A stretch of 64,000 bases of DNA from an uncultured Christensenella sp. (GTDB lineage Bacteria > Bacillota > Clostridia > Christensenellales > Christensenellaceae). Position numbers and translations under genes: made by a program. The stretch spans positions 55,132 to 119,131 of the forward strand of contig CAYXFB010000001.1 in the NCBI GenBank assembly GCA_964464145.1, read 5' to 3'. The notes below the pieces were generated by a model that was given only the letters and a program-made list of their open reading frames with translations, was not told the DNA's origin and did not search any database. Shown here piece after piece: positions 1 through 8,557 of this stretch. The first letter of the stretch is position 1; every line of letters begins with the position of its first letter.

Positions 1-929
1 ACGATTTCATAGACGCGGCGGACGTTATATATTTCGATACGCACGGTCATTACGATCAGAAAAAGACCATGTCCATACTTCCCGGAGCGCTCAAGCTGCA
101 CGAACGCGCCGTGGTGCCCGGCTTTTACGGCAGCATGCCGAACGGCAAGGTGAAAACATTCTCGCGCGGGGGCAGCGATATCTCGGGCTCCATAGTTGCC
201 TGCGCCGCCAAGGCCGATATGTACGAAAACTGGACGGACGTTTCCGGCTTTTTGATGGCCGACCCGCGCGTGGTGAAAAACCCCAAGAAGATAGACGTTA
301 TAACCTACCGCGAGCTGCGCGAGCTTTCATACATGGGCGCGACCGTGCTGCATGAGGACAGCGTGTTTCCCGTAACGGAGGCCGCCATCCCCATAAACGT
401 GAAAAACACGAACGACCCTACAAACTCGGGCACGCTCATAGTTCCCGAGGTGAAGCAGCGGGACGGCAATTACGGTATAACCGGCATAGCGGGCAAGAAG
501 AACTTCACCGTTATAACAATAGAAAAAAGCGGCATGAACGCGGAGATAGGCTTCGGCAGAAAGGTGCTCACCTGCCTTGAGAAATACGATCTCTCCTTCG
601 AGCACATGCCCTCCTCCATAGACACCATAAGCGTGGTGCTGGCGGATAAGAAGGTGCGCGGCTGCATAAGCGAGCTCATAGACGATCTGCACACGCAGTG
701 CAAGCCGGACAGCGTGGAGGTCTCCTCAAACATGGCGCTCATAGCCACGGTGGGTCGCGGCATGATACGCCGCATAGGCGTTTCGGCCAAGCTATTCGCG
801 GCGCTGGCGCAAAACCGCATAAACGTGCGCATGATAGATCAGGGCTCCAGCGAAATAAATATAATAGTGGGCGTGGAAAATGACGACTTCGACGAAGCCG
901 TCCGCGCGATATACAGCGCTCTGGTGTGA
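1..929 (+). CDS. aspartate kinase, C-terminal ~308 aa (5' end lies outside the window)
   Basis: Reading frame is open from the window edge. Contains the ...FSRGGSDISGSIVA... kinase-core motif followed by ACT-like regulatory repeats (IATVGRGM, INIIVGVE). Stop TGA at 927-929. Confidence 0.85.
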   Translation, partial: DFIDAADVIYFDTHGHYDQKKTMSILPGALKLHERAVVPGFYGSMPNGKVKTFSRGGSDISGSIVACAAKADMYENWTDVSGFLMADPRVVKNPKKIDVITYRELRELSYMGATVLHEDSVFPVTEAAIPINVKNTNDPTNSGTLIVPEVKQRDGNYGITGIAGKKNFTVITIEKSGMNAEIGFGRKVLTCLEKYDLSFEHMPSSIDTISVVLADKKVRGCISELIDDLHTQCKPDSVEVSSNMALIATVGRGMIRRIGVSAKLFAALAQNRINVRMIDQGSSEINIIVGVENDDFDEAVRAIYSALV

Positions 930-1033
930 TTTTCTGCGAAAATCGCACCAATGCAGAATTTTATGAATCGCCTGCGGCGATAAATATATAAATTTGTCCG
1001 CGCAGCGGACTCATTCATTCTTAATTCTGCATT
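923..1033. repeat. hairpin cluster / 84-bp imperfect palindrome
   Basis: 12-bp stem at 923-949 with loop TGC. aatgcagaatt (950-960) is the perfect reverse complement of aattctgcatt (1023-1033) and encloses 6-bp hairpins at 967-981 and 996-1010. Confidence 0.5.
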
Positions 1034-1062
1034 CTTAATTATTAATTAAACCAAAAGGGGTT

Positions 1063-2028
1063 TTGGAGTTGATTTTCAATTCTTTCCAGGCCGTGCTCAT
1101 GGTGCTGGTGCTCATAGCGGTGGGCTATCTGGTGGCACGGATGGGTTGGGCGAACGAAAACGTACAGGCTTTCCTGCCCAAGTTCATAACTAACGTAACA
1201 CTTCCCGCAACGGTCGTTTCCAACATTGCGGGAAGTCTTTCGCGCGACGATCTGCCGCAGGCCGGCTCCTATCTTTTGGCGGCGGTAATCGCCATGGCGC
1301 TCGCATACGTGCTGGGCTACGGCGTGGCCAAGGCCGCGCGTATAGACAAGGCGCGGCACGGCGTTTTCTCCGTCATATTCTCGCTTTCCAACGCCGGCTT
1401 CATGGGGCTGCCCGTGGCAATGGCCATCTTCGGCGACGAGGGCATGATATTCGCCATATTCTATTTTGTGGCAAACGCCGCCTTCATGAACAGCATCGGC
1501 TACCTGGGCATAGAGCGTGACGGCGCAAAAATGTCGGGCGAGGTTCAAAAGAAAAAGGGCGGTATACTCAGGCAGGTGCTTACCCCACCGCTCATAGCCG
1601 TGGTGCTGAGCTTTGTGCTGGTGCTGCTGGACGCCACAACGGATAAATGGCCGGAGTTTCTCTCCTCCTCCGTGGGCATGCTGGGCGATATCACCTCGCC
1701 GCTGGCGCTCATATTCGTGGGCATGGCGCTTCACACCGCCGGACTCTCCTGCATAAAACGCATAGACAAGCCGCTCTCCATAGCGCTTTTGGGCCGCTTC
1801 ATAATTTCTCCGCTCATAATGTACCTCGTGGCGCTGCTCTTTGGTTTTTCGTCCTACGCAACGGGCGTGCTGGTGGTGCAGACCGGCCTGCCCGCTATGG
1901 TGGCCACCACCATATTCGCCAAAAGCTCGGGCGCGGATATCGATCTGGCGGCGCGCGGCGTGGTGGTTTCCACGCTGCTCTCCTTCATCAGCATACCTGT
2001 TTATATCGCTTTGCTGAATATAGCTTGA
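1063..2028 (+). CDS. AEC (auxin efflux carrier) family permease
   Basis: 321-aa polytopic membrane ORF with a typical AEC N-terminus (FNSFQAVLMVLVLIAVGYLVAR) and two homologous halves. The start may instead be the TTG at 1069, which has better spacing to GGGG. Confidence 0.75.
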   Translation: MELIFNSFQAVLMVLVLIAVGYLVARMGWANENVQAFLPKFITNVTLPATVVSNIAGSLSRDDLPQAGSYLLAAVIAMALAYVLGYGVAKAARIDKARHGVFSVIFSLSNAGFMGLPVAMAIFGDEGMIFAIFYFVANAAFMNSIGYLGIERDGAKMSGEVQKKKGGILRQVLTPPLIAVVLSFVLVLLDATTDKWPEFLSSSVGMLGDITSPLALIFVGMALHTAGLSCIKRIDKPLSIALLGRFIISPLIMYLVALLFGFSSYATGVLVVQTGLPAMVATTIFAKSSGADIDLAARGVVVSTLLSFISIPVYIALLNIA

Positions 2029-2117
2029 ATACAAAGAAACAATTCACGATTTAACTATGTAGCAATATTGCGATTCCGTGAATGTGATAGTATAATACAA
2101 TAGAAGAAAACCCGTGG

Positions 2118-2167
2118 CAGCCATGCGCGTTCATATCCATAAAAAGCGTATGGCTACTGTATTTTTT
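2118..2167 (+). promoter_or_regulatory. terminator-like hairpin plus T6 in the purL leader (possible attenuator)
   Basis: cagccatgcgc (2118-2128) pairs with gcgtatggctactg (2146-2159; one G-U, one bulge). T6 at 2162-2167. TATAAT at 2091-2096 upstream. Confidence 0.35.
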
Positions 2168-2184
2168 GAAAGGAAATTCCGTTT

Positions 2185-5100
2185 ATGGTTAGAAGAGTTT
2201 ATGTGGAAAAGAAGCCGGGCTTCGATGTGGAGGCGCAGCGGCTTTTAAAGGATTTCAACGGAAATTTGGGCGAGAGCGTGAAAAGCGTGCGCATTATAAA
2301 CCGCTATGACGCGCAGGGGCTTTCGGAGGAGGATTTTAAGGCCGCCGCCGCGCAGATAATGAGCGAGGGCGCCGTTGATACTCTGAGCTATGATATGCCC
2401 AAGATACCCAAGAGCGCGGCGCTCTTCGCCGTGGAATACCTTCCCGGCCAATACGATCAGCGCGCGGACAGCGCGGCACAGTGCGTTCAGCTTTTGACGC
2501 GCAGCGAACGCCCGCTCACCCGCTATGCCAAGCTGTACGTAATAGAGGGCGCGAAGGACATAGAGAAGATCAAAAAGTACGTCATAAACCCGGTGGATTC
2601 GCGCGAGGCCTCTCTTTCAGAATACGAAACGCTGGAGATGAAGCTGGCCATGCCGGACAGCGTGGAGACCGTAGCCGGCTTCATAAAAAAATCCGCGGAG
2701 GAGATAGCCTCTTACGCTGCGAGCGGCGGCTTTGCCATGACGGCGCAGGATATGCTGTGCGCGCAGGATTATTTTAAATCCGAAAAGCGCGACCCCACAA
2801 TAACTGAGCTGCGCGTGCTGGATACCTACTGGTCAGACCATTGCCGGCACACCACCTTCCTCACCACGCTCGACGACGTGAGCTTCGCCAACGACGATAT
2901 TTCCCAGTGCGCGGAGCGTGTATTCGCGGACTATATAGAAGCGCGGAACGAGATGGGGCGCAAGAAGGACGTCTGCCTCATGGATCTCGCCACCATGTAC
3001 CCGCGCGAGGCCAAGTTTGCGCGTGGCCTGCAAAACCTGGACGAGAGTGAGGAAATAAACGCCTGCTCCATAAAGTGCAAGGTGAAAACAGACAGCGGCG
3101 AGGAAGATTACCTCATAATGTTCAAAAACGAAACGCACAACCACCCTACGGAGATAGAGCCCTTCGGCGGCGCGGCCACCTGCCTTGGCGGCGCCATACG
3201 CGACCCGCTCTCCGGCCGATCATACGTGTATCAGGCGATGCGCGTTACGGGCAGCGCGGATCCGCGCGAAAGCCTTGACAATACCATTGAGCACAAGCTG
3301 CCCCAGCGCAAGATAACGCGCGAGGCGGCGCACGGCTACTCCTCCTACGGCAATCAGATAGGCCTTGCCACCGGTCTGGTGGACGAGATATACCATCCGG
3401 GCTACAAGGCCAAGCGGCTGGAGATAGGCGCGGTGATAGGTGCGGCTCCGGCGGAGAACGTGGTGCGGCAAACGCCCCGCTGCGGCGACGCGGTGCTGCT
3501 GATCGGCGGGCGCACCGGACGCGACGGCATAGGCGGAGCGACAGGCTCCAGCAAGGCGCATGACGAAAAATCTATAGAGGATTGCGGCGCGGAGGTGCAA
3601 AAGGGAAACCCGCTCACAGAACGCAAGCTGCAAAGGCTGTTCCGCAACCCCAAATTCACAAAAAAGGTGGTACGCTGCAACGACTTTGGCGCGGGCGGCG
3701 TGTGCGTGGCAATAGGCGAGCTTTCGCCCGGCCTTGATATAGACCTTGACGCGGTACCGCGCAAATACGAGGGGCTGGACGGTACGGAGATAGCAATATC
3801 CGAATCGCAGGAGCGCATGGCCGTGGTGGTTCGCCAGCACGATGTTGATGCCGTGCTGGCTCTTGCGGCGGAGGAAAACCTTGAGGCGACGCGCGTGGCC
3901 ACCGTTACTGACAACGCGCGTATGCGGCTCTTCTGGAAAGACAAGGCGATCGTGGATATATCGCGCGAATTTTTGGATTCCAACGGCGCGACGCAGCACG
4001 CAAACGCCAAGGTCACGCAGTTCGGCGCGAAAAACCTCTTTGACGAACCTGTGAGCGAAAAGCTTTCGGACACGCTCAAAAATCTGCTTTCAGACCTCAA
4101 TATATGCTCCAAAAAGGGGCTCATAGAGATGTTCGATTCCACAATAGGCGCGCTGAGCGTAACGATGCCGCTGGGCGGAAAAAACCAGCTCACGCCCGTG
4201 CAGACCATGTGCGCGCGCGTACCCGTGCCGGGCGGCGTGTCCAAGACGGCCACGCTCATGAGCTACGGCTTCGACCCCTATTTGATGGAGAAAAGCCCCT
4301 TCCTGGGGGCGGCATACTCCGTGCTTGAGAGCGTGGCCAAGGTGGTGGCGGCGGGCGGCAGCACAAAGGATTGCTGGCTCACCTTCCAGGAATATTTCGA
4401 GCGCATGACGGATGAGCCGGAAAGCTGGGGCAAGCCTCTCGGGGCGCTGCTGGGCGCGTACTGGGCGCAAAAGCAGCTCAAGATAGCTGCAATTGGCGGC
4501 AAGGATTCCATGAGTGGCACCTTCCGCGATATAAACGTCCCGCCCACGCTGGTCTCCTTCTGCGTGGCACCCGTGGACGCGGCAAACGTTATAACGCCCG
4601 AGCTAAAGGCGGCCGGCAACAAGCTGTATCTCATGCGCCTGGAGCGCGACGAGGACGGCCTGCCCAATTTTGACGACGCCATGCAAAAATACGAGCGGCT
4701 GGAAAAGCTGATCCGTGACGGTGTGGTTGTTTCGGCCTGGGCGGTCGGCCGCGGCGGTTATCTGCTGGGCGCCGTGAAGGGCGCTATTGGCAGCGGCCTC
4801 GGCATAAAGCTGTTCAGCGAAAGCCAAAAGCGGCTCACCAAAAAGCACTACGGCGAAATACTGGTGGAGGCGGCCGACCTGCACGACCCCGCCTTCAAGC
4901 TGATGGGCGAGATACGCGAGGAAGCGGCCATAGAGTGCTGCGGCGAAAAAATATCGCTGGCGGAGGCAACGGAGCAGTTCACAGCGCCTCTGGAGAGCGT
5001 TTTCCCCACCAGAACGGCGGACGCGGGCGAGGTTAAAACGCCCATAACAAAGACGAAGGCCTTTTCGCTGAACCGCTACCCCACGGCTCTGCCCCGCGTG

Positions 5101-5886
5101 GTGATACCCGTGTTCCCGGGCACCAACTGCGAATACGAAACGGCGGCGGCCTTTGAGCGGGCGGGCGGCATTCCCCGCGTGGTCATAATGAAAAACCTCA
5201 GCGCGGCGGATATAGAGGACAGCGTGACCCGCCTTATTTCCGAAATACACAACGCGCAGATGATAATGCTGCCCGGCGGCTTCTCGGGCGGCGACGAGCC
5301 GGACGGCAGCGGCAAATTCATAGCCACCACCTTCCGCAACAAAGCGGTGGCCGACGCCACTATGGATCTTCTAAAGAACCGCGACGGGCTGATGCTGGGC
5401 ATATGCAACGGTTTTCAAGCGCTCATAAAGCTGGGTCTGGTGCCCTACGGCGAGATACGCGATATGGAGGATCAAAGCCCCACGCTGACCTACAACACAA
5501 TAGGCCGCCACGCCTCCTGCATGGTGCGCACCAGGGTGACAAGCGCCAGCACGCCCTGGCTGCAGCTCTGCGAGCCGGGCGAGGTGCACTCCGTGGCTAT
5601 ATCGCACGGTGAGGGCAGGTTTGTGGCCACGGAGGCAGAGATCAAGGCGCTCATAAAGAGCGGGCAGGTTGCCACTCAATACATAGACGAAGCGGGCAAT
5701 CCCACAATGGCGATGCCGCACAATCCCAACGGCTCAATGTATGCCATAGAGGGCATAATGAGCGCCGACCGCCGCGTGTTCGGCAAGATGGGGCATTCGG
5801 AGCGCGCCTCCTATCGCACGGCAATAAACGTACCGGGCGAATACGATCAGAAGATATTAGAGGGCGGCGTGAAGTATTTTAGATAG
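2185..5886 (+). CDS. purL: phosphoribosylformylglycinamidine synthase, single-chain (synthetase plus glutaminase domains)
   Basis: 1233-aa ORF with a large-type FGAM synthase layout: AIR-synthase-like repeats (GNQIGLATG, DFGAGG) and a C-terminal class I glutamine amidotransferase (LGICNGFQAL, HSERA). RBS AAAGGA. Confidence 0.95.
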   Translation: MVRRVYVEKKPGFDVEAQRLLKDFNGNLGESVKSVRIINRYDAQGLSEEDFKAAAAQIMSEGAVDTLSYDMPKIPKSAALFAVEYLPGQYDQRADSAAQCVQLLTRSERPLTRYAKLYVIEGAKDIEKIKKYVINPVDSREASLSEYETLEMKLAMPDSVETVAGFIKKSAEEIASYAASGGFAMTAQDMLCAQDYFKSEKRDPTITELRVLDTYWSDHCRHTTFLTTLDDVSFANDDISQCAERVFADYIEARNEMGRKKDVCLMDLATMYPREAKFARGLQNLDESEEINACSIKCKVKTDSGEEDYLIMFKNETHNHPTEIEPFGGAATCLGGAIRDPLSGRSYVYQAMRVTGSADPRESLDNTIEHKLPQRKITREAAHGYSSYGNQIGLATGLVDEIYHPGYKAKRLEIGAVIGAAPAENVVRQTPRCGDAVLLIGGRTGRDGIGGATGSSKAHDEKSIEDCGAEVQKGNPLTERKLQRLFRNPKFTKKVVRCNDFGAGGVCVAIGELSPGLDIDLDAVPRKYEGLDGTEIAISESQERMAVVVRQHDVDAVLALAAEENLEATRVATVTDNARMRLFWKDKAIVDISREFLDSNGATQHANAKVTQFGAKNLFDEPVSEKLSDTLKNLLSDLNICSKKGLIEMFDSTIGALSVTMPLGGKNQLTPVQTMCARVPVPGGVSKTATLMSYGFDPYLMEKSPFLGAAYSVLESVAKVVAAGGSTKDCWLTFQEYFERMTDEPESWGKPLGALLGAYWAQKQLKIAAIGGKDSMSGTFRDINVPPTLVSFCVAPVDAANVITPELKAAGNKLYLMRLERDEDGLPNFDDAMQKYERLEKLIRDGVVVSAWAVGRGGYLLGAVKGAIGSGLGIKLFSESQKRLTKKHYGEILVEAADLHDPAFKLMGEIREEAAIECCGEKISLAEATEQFTAPLESVFPTRTADAGEVKTPITKTKAFSLNRYPTALPRVVIPVFPGTNCEYETAAAFERAGGIPRVVIMKNLSAADIEDSVTRLISEIHNAQMIMLPGGFSGGDEPDGSGKFIATTFRNKAVADATMDLLKNRDGLMLGICNGFQALIKLGLVPYGEIRDMEDQSPTLTYNTIGRHASCMVRTRVTSASTPWLQLCEPGEVHSVAISHGEGRFVATEAEIKALIKSGQVATQYIDEAGNPTMAMPHNPNGSMYAIEGIMSADRRVFGKMGHSERASYRTAINVPGEYDQKILEGGVKYFR

Positions 5887-5912
5887 GGACGATGCGTTGT
5901 ATAAGCGCGTAT

Positions 5913-5943
5913 AAAAAAAGGTGCTGCACGCTAGGGCAGCACC
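5913..5943 (-). terminator. intrinsic terminator, functional orientation on the minus strand
   Basis: Stem ggtgctgc/gcagcacc at 5920-5943, preceded on the plus strand by A7 (5913-5919), which is a U-tract on the minus strand. Confidence 0.55.
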
Positions 5944-6124
5944 TCAGTTTGTCGAAGTTTTTCGACAAACTGACAGACTTTCAAAAATGTCGCAAGACAA
6001 GGAAGCGAAACTTGCAAAAGACGAGATTGAATTAATAATTCATCGAGATTTTTGCAAGTGAAGCTGACGCAGTAAGCAATTCTTCCTTCGGAAGAATTGC
6101 GGTTGCGGCTTTTTTGACAGTCTG
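5944..6124. repeat. perfect 13-bp-stem hairpin (5944-5973) plus ~150-bp imperfect palindromic element (5974-6124)
   Basis: tcagtttgtcgaa-gttt-ttcgacaaactga. Arms cagact..caaaaa / tttttt..gacagtctg. cttgcaaaa (6011-6019) pairs with ttttgcaag (6050-6058). Extra 10-bp hairpin at 6076-6100. Confidence 0.6.
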
Positions 6125-6125
6125 A

Positions 6126-6155
6126 GATGCTGCCCGCGTGGGCAGCATCTTTTTG
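6126..6155 (+). terminator. intrinsic terminator, plus strand
   Basis: gatgctgcc-cgcgtg-ggcagcatc followed by TTTTT (6150-6154). Confidence 0.65.
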
Positions 6156-6186
6156 TGTTGTTGTTTCACAATCGCTTAAAATCTCT

Positions 6187-6954
6187 TCACCTCGGACAAA
6201 AAGAAAAATTCTCTTTAAGCTCCACAATAAATTCATTCCTGTCACCACGGAATTTGGTAACGGTGTATTCCACGGGCAGATCGTCCTTGTTGTAGCTTAC
6301 CGAACGCGTGAGCTGAATGGGCGCGCCCCTGTCTATCTGCATCATGCCCGCCTCGAACTTTCCGGCAACTATGGCTATCAGGCTGCGCGTGGAGCGCACC
6401 GCCTTGGTGTTTTCGTCCTTATCCAAAAATTCGTACAGCCCGCAGGCCTCCATGTCCGTCTCAAGCAGCTCCTTGCACAGAGGATGGGGCAGATAGCTTT
6501 CGGAGAAAAGTATGGGCTCCTCGTTCACATAGCGCAGGCGCATCATGTAAACCACCCTGTCGCCCTCCTTTATGCCCAGCGCCTCGGCGACCTCCTCGCT
6601 GGCCGGCTCTATGTCCTTGGCCAGCACCTTTGTGGTGGGCACCAGATTTTGCTCTCGCACCAGCTCGTGCGAGGCCTTTATGCGGCTCACGAAGGCTTGG
6701 CGAACCTTGGGCTTGGCCACGAAGGTGCCCTTGCTCTTCACGCGGAACAAATACCCCTCCATAACAAGCTCCATAATGGCCTGGCGAATGGTGGTTCGGC
6801 TGATGTCAAACATCTCGCTGAATTCTATCTCGGTGGGTATAGCGTCACCCGGCTTCAGCCGCTCCTCCTTTATGGCCTTTAGTATTATGTTTTTCAATTG
6901 ATAATACATGGGCACGGGTATATTCTTATCTATTATATCATCGCGAAAGGGCAT
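6187..6954 (-). CDS. GntR family transcriptional regulator, HutC/UTRA subfamily
   Basis: N-terminal winged HTH (YYQLKNIILKAIKEERLKPGDAIPTEIEFSEMFDISRTTIRQAI) plus a UTRA-like C-terminal domain. RBS GGAGG. Confidence 0.9.
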   Translation of the reverse strand: MPFRDDIIDKNIPVPMYYQLKNIILKAIKEERLKPGDAIPTEIEFSEMFDISRTTIRQAIMELVMEGYLFRVKSKGTFVAKPKVRQAFVSRIKASHELVREQNLVPTTKVLAKDIEPASEEVAEALGIKEGDRVVYMMRLRYVNEEPILFSESYLPHPLCKELLETDMEACGLYEFLDKDENTKAVRSTRSLIAIVAGKFEAGMMQIDRGAPIQLTRSVSYNKDDLPVEYTVTKFRGDRNEFIVELKENFSFCPR

Positions 6955-6976
6955 TGCGTGACCTCCAAAAGATTTA

Positions 6977-6994
6977 TGTTATGACATTATAACA
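6977..6994. promoter_or_regulatory. candidate GntR operator, inverted repeat TGTTAT-N6-ATAACA
   Basis: tgttATGACATtataaca lies 23 nt upstream of the GntR start on the opposite strand. Confidence 0.3.
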
Positions 6995-7093
6995 ATAAAA
7001 TTACCACACGGCGCCGCCCTTGTCAATAAAATCTCAATTATAGCGGCCAATACATGAAATATTTCCACAATCGAGCAATGCGAAAAAAAGCTA

Positions 7094-7122
7094 TTGACAA
7101 TAAAAAAAAACTATATTAAACT
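7094..7122 (+). promoter_or_regulatory. sigma-70-type promoter for the ABC/DeoC-fold/kinase operon
   Basis: TTGACA (7094-7099), 17-nt spacer, TAAACT (7117-7122). Confidence 0.45.
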
Positions 7123-7126
7123 GTTT

Positions 7127-7144
7127 TGTAATGACATAGTTACA
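7127..7144. promoter_or_regulatory. candidate GntR operator, inverted repeat TGTAA-N8-TTACA
   Basis: tgtaATGACATagttaca lies immediately downstream of the -10 and shares the ATGACAT core with 6977-6994. Confidence 0.35.
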
Positions 7145-7341
7145 TAACTATTAATTCAAACATCAACCCGATGTATAGTTCAAAATCACGCGATATAAAA
7201 AGTTAACCAGATGTAGCAGGGCAACGGCGAAAATATAAATTTACATATATATGTAATAACAAAATAACATAGTAATATAACGATTTCAAGTTTCCGTGTA
7301 TATCGGGAAATAAATACACTCATATCTAATAGGAGGAAAAA

Positions 7342-8490
7342 ATGAAAAAAGTATTAGTAGCAGTTTTGGTAGTGATTTTGGCAATAGGCGTTGCGGCCTG
7401 CGCGCCGGCGCAAAACGCGGCACCCGCAAGCGAGGCTCCGGCCAGCGCCGCGGCTCCCGCAAGTGAAGCTCCGGCCAGCGAAGCGCCCGCAAGCGCCGCG
7501 CCCGCAGAGTCCGCGTCGGCGGAGGCATCGGCAGACGCTCCGGCGACGGACAAAACAGAGCTCAACGTATCGCTCCTCATCCCCTCCACGGAATCCGAAT
7601 ATTGGAACAACTACGTGGCTGTGGGAGTGGAGAACGCCTGCCTGGACCTTGAGCAGGAAACGGGCATGAAGATAAACTACGAGCTTTCCGGCCCGGCCAC
7701 CGAAGCCGAAACGGACGCTTACATAACGGCGCTCGAAAGCGTTATAGCCAAAAAACCGGACGTGCTCATAATGGCCACAATACAGCCGCAGGCGGTGGTG
7801 CCCTACGTTCAAAAGGCGCACGATCAGGGCATACTGGTAAACCTCGTTTCGCTGCCCATAGAGGGCCCGGCGGAAAACTACGGCGCGCTTTACTACTGCG
7901 ACATGGTGGAGCAGGGCGAAAAGGCGGGCGAGCTGATGGTTGAAGCCATAAAGGCGAAAAACCTGCCGCAGGACGGCACCATAGGCGTGCACATGTCCGT
8001 TACCATAGACGTTATGGAGCAGAAGATAGAGAAGTTCAAGGAAATCGTGCTGGCTGCCTATCCCGACATGAAGATACTGGACACGCTCTACAACGAAAAC
8101 GACCTCAACAAGGCCATAGCCAACGTTGAAAACCAGCTCACCTCCTACGGCGACGAGCTCATAGGCTTCTTCGGCAACAACAACGTAAGCTCCAACGGCA
8201 TCTGCAAGGTGGTTGAGGACAACGGTCTCAGCGATAAGATGGCAGCCATAGCCTCAGATTCCGACGCTATGACGATCGACGCGGTTCGCAAGAACATAAT
8301 AGACGCGGTTGTCGTGCAGACCCCCTACCAGCAGGGCTATGACGCCGTGAAGGGCGCTTATGCCGTAGTAGTTGAGGGCAAGACCATAGAAAAGGACGTA
8401 AACATACCCTGCGTCGCGCTCAAATCGGACAATGTGGACAGCGAAGAATATAAATCTCTCATAGACGCGACCTCCCTAAAGAGGAACTAG
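7342..8490 (+). CDS. sugar ABC transporter substrate-binding lipoprotein (RbsB-like periplasmic-binding fold)
   Basis: Signal peptide with lipobox (GVAAC), an Ala/Pro/Ser/Glu-rich linker, then a type I periplasmic binding protein pattern. RBS AGGAGG. Confidence 0.85.
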   Translation: MKKVLVAVLVVILAIGVAACAPAQNAAPASEAPASAAAPASEAPASEAPASAAPAESASAEASADAPATDKTELNVSLLIPSTESEYWNNYVAVGVENACLDLEQETGMKINYELSGPATEAETDAYITALESVIAKKPDVLIMATIQPQAVVPYVQKAHDQGILVNLVSLPIEGPAENYGALYYCDMVEQGEKAGELMVEAIKAKNLPQDGTIGVHMSVTIDVMEQKIEKFKEIVLAAYPDMKILDTLYNENDLNKAIANVENQLTSYGDELIGFFGNNNVSSNGICKVVEDNGLSDKMAAIASDSDAMTIDAVRKNIIDAVVVQTPYQQGYDAVKGAYAVVVEGKTIEKDVNIPCVALKSDNVDSEEYKSLIDATSLKRN

Positions 8491-8504
8491 CAGCAAGGCC
8501 ATAC

Positions 8505-8535
8505 ATGCGCGGGGGGAGCCTTTCCCCCTGCGCAT
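8505..8535 (+). other. intercistronic stem-loop after the SBP gene
   Basis: 13-bp stem atgcgcgggggga/tccccctgcgcat (one G-U) with no U-tract. Such stem-loops commonly stabilise SBP message. Confidence 0.5.
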
Positions 8536-8557
8536 AATATAAAAAAAGGAGGACGCC

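Noticed and set aside
1042-2034. 330-aa minus-strand ORF opposite the AEC permease gene
   Set aside because: It is an antisense shadow of a clearly recognisable membrane-protein gene. It has an Arg/His/Gly/Ala-rich composition, no RBS and no family resemblance.
2029-2117. Possible purine riboswitch upstream of purL (contains uauaau)
   Set aside because: I could not form the P2/P3 hairpins or find the conserved loop and junction nucleotides. The uauaau is better explained as a -10 box.
5974-6124. Idea that the 150-, 161- and 163-bp palindromic elements are one superfamily (all contain GACAA(R)(R)..GCG..AA left of centre)
   Set aside because: The shared core is only about 7-10 nt and the termini are unrelated. 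I cannot distinguish homology from chance by eye; this needs a genome-wide alignment.
5931-6248. 105-aa minus-strand ORF spanning the purL-GntR spacer
   Set aside because: It runs through terminator hairpins and the palindromic element and overlaps the 3' end of the GntR gene. It has no RBS and is an artefact of repeat sequence.
7402-7551. Repetitive GCx/CCx-rich tracts that look like short tandem repeats (also 47806-47964 and 48559-48675)
   Set aside because: They are in frame inside lipoprotein genes and encode Ala/Pro/Ser/Glu or Pro/Thr/Glu linkers. They are not CRISPR and not non-coding satellites.
7342-8490. Calling the first SBP an LsrB (AI-2 receptor) orthologue
   Set aside because: Only generic RbsB-fold similarity is visible. 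The positions I could line up with LsrB ligand-contact segments (PKLVG, WDSD) read PSTES and LVSLP. The lsr comparison is kept only as an analogy.
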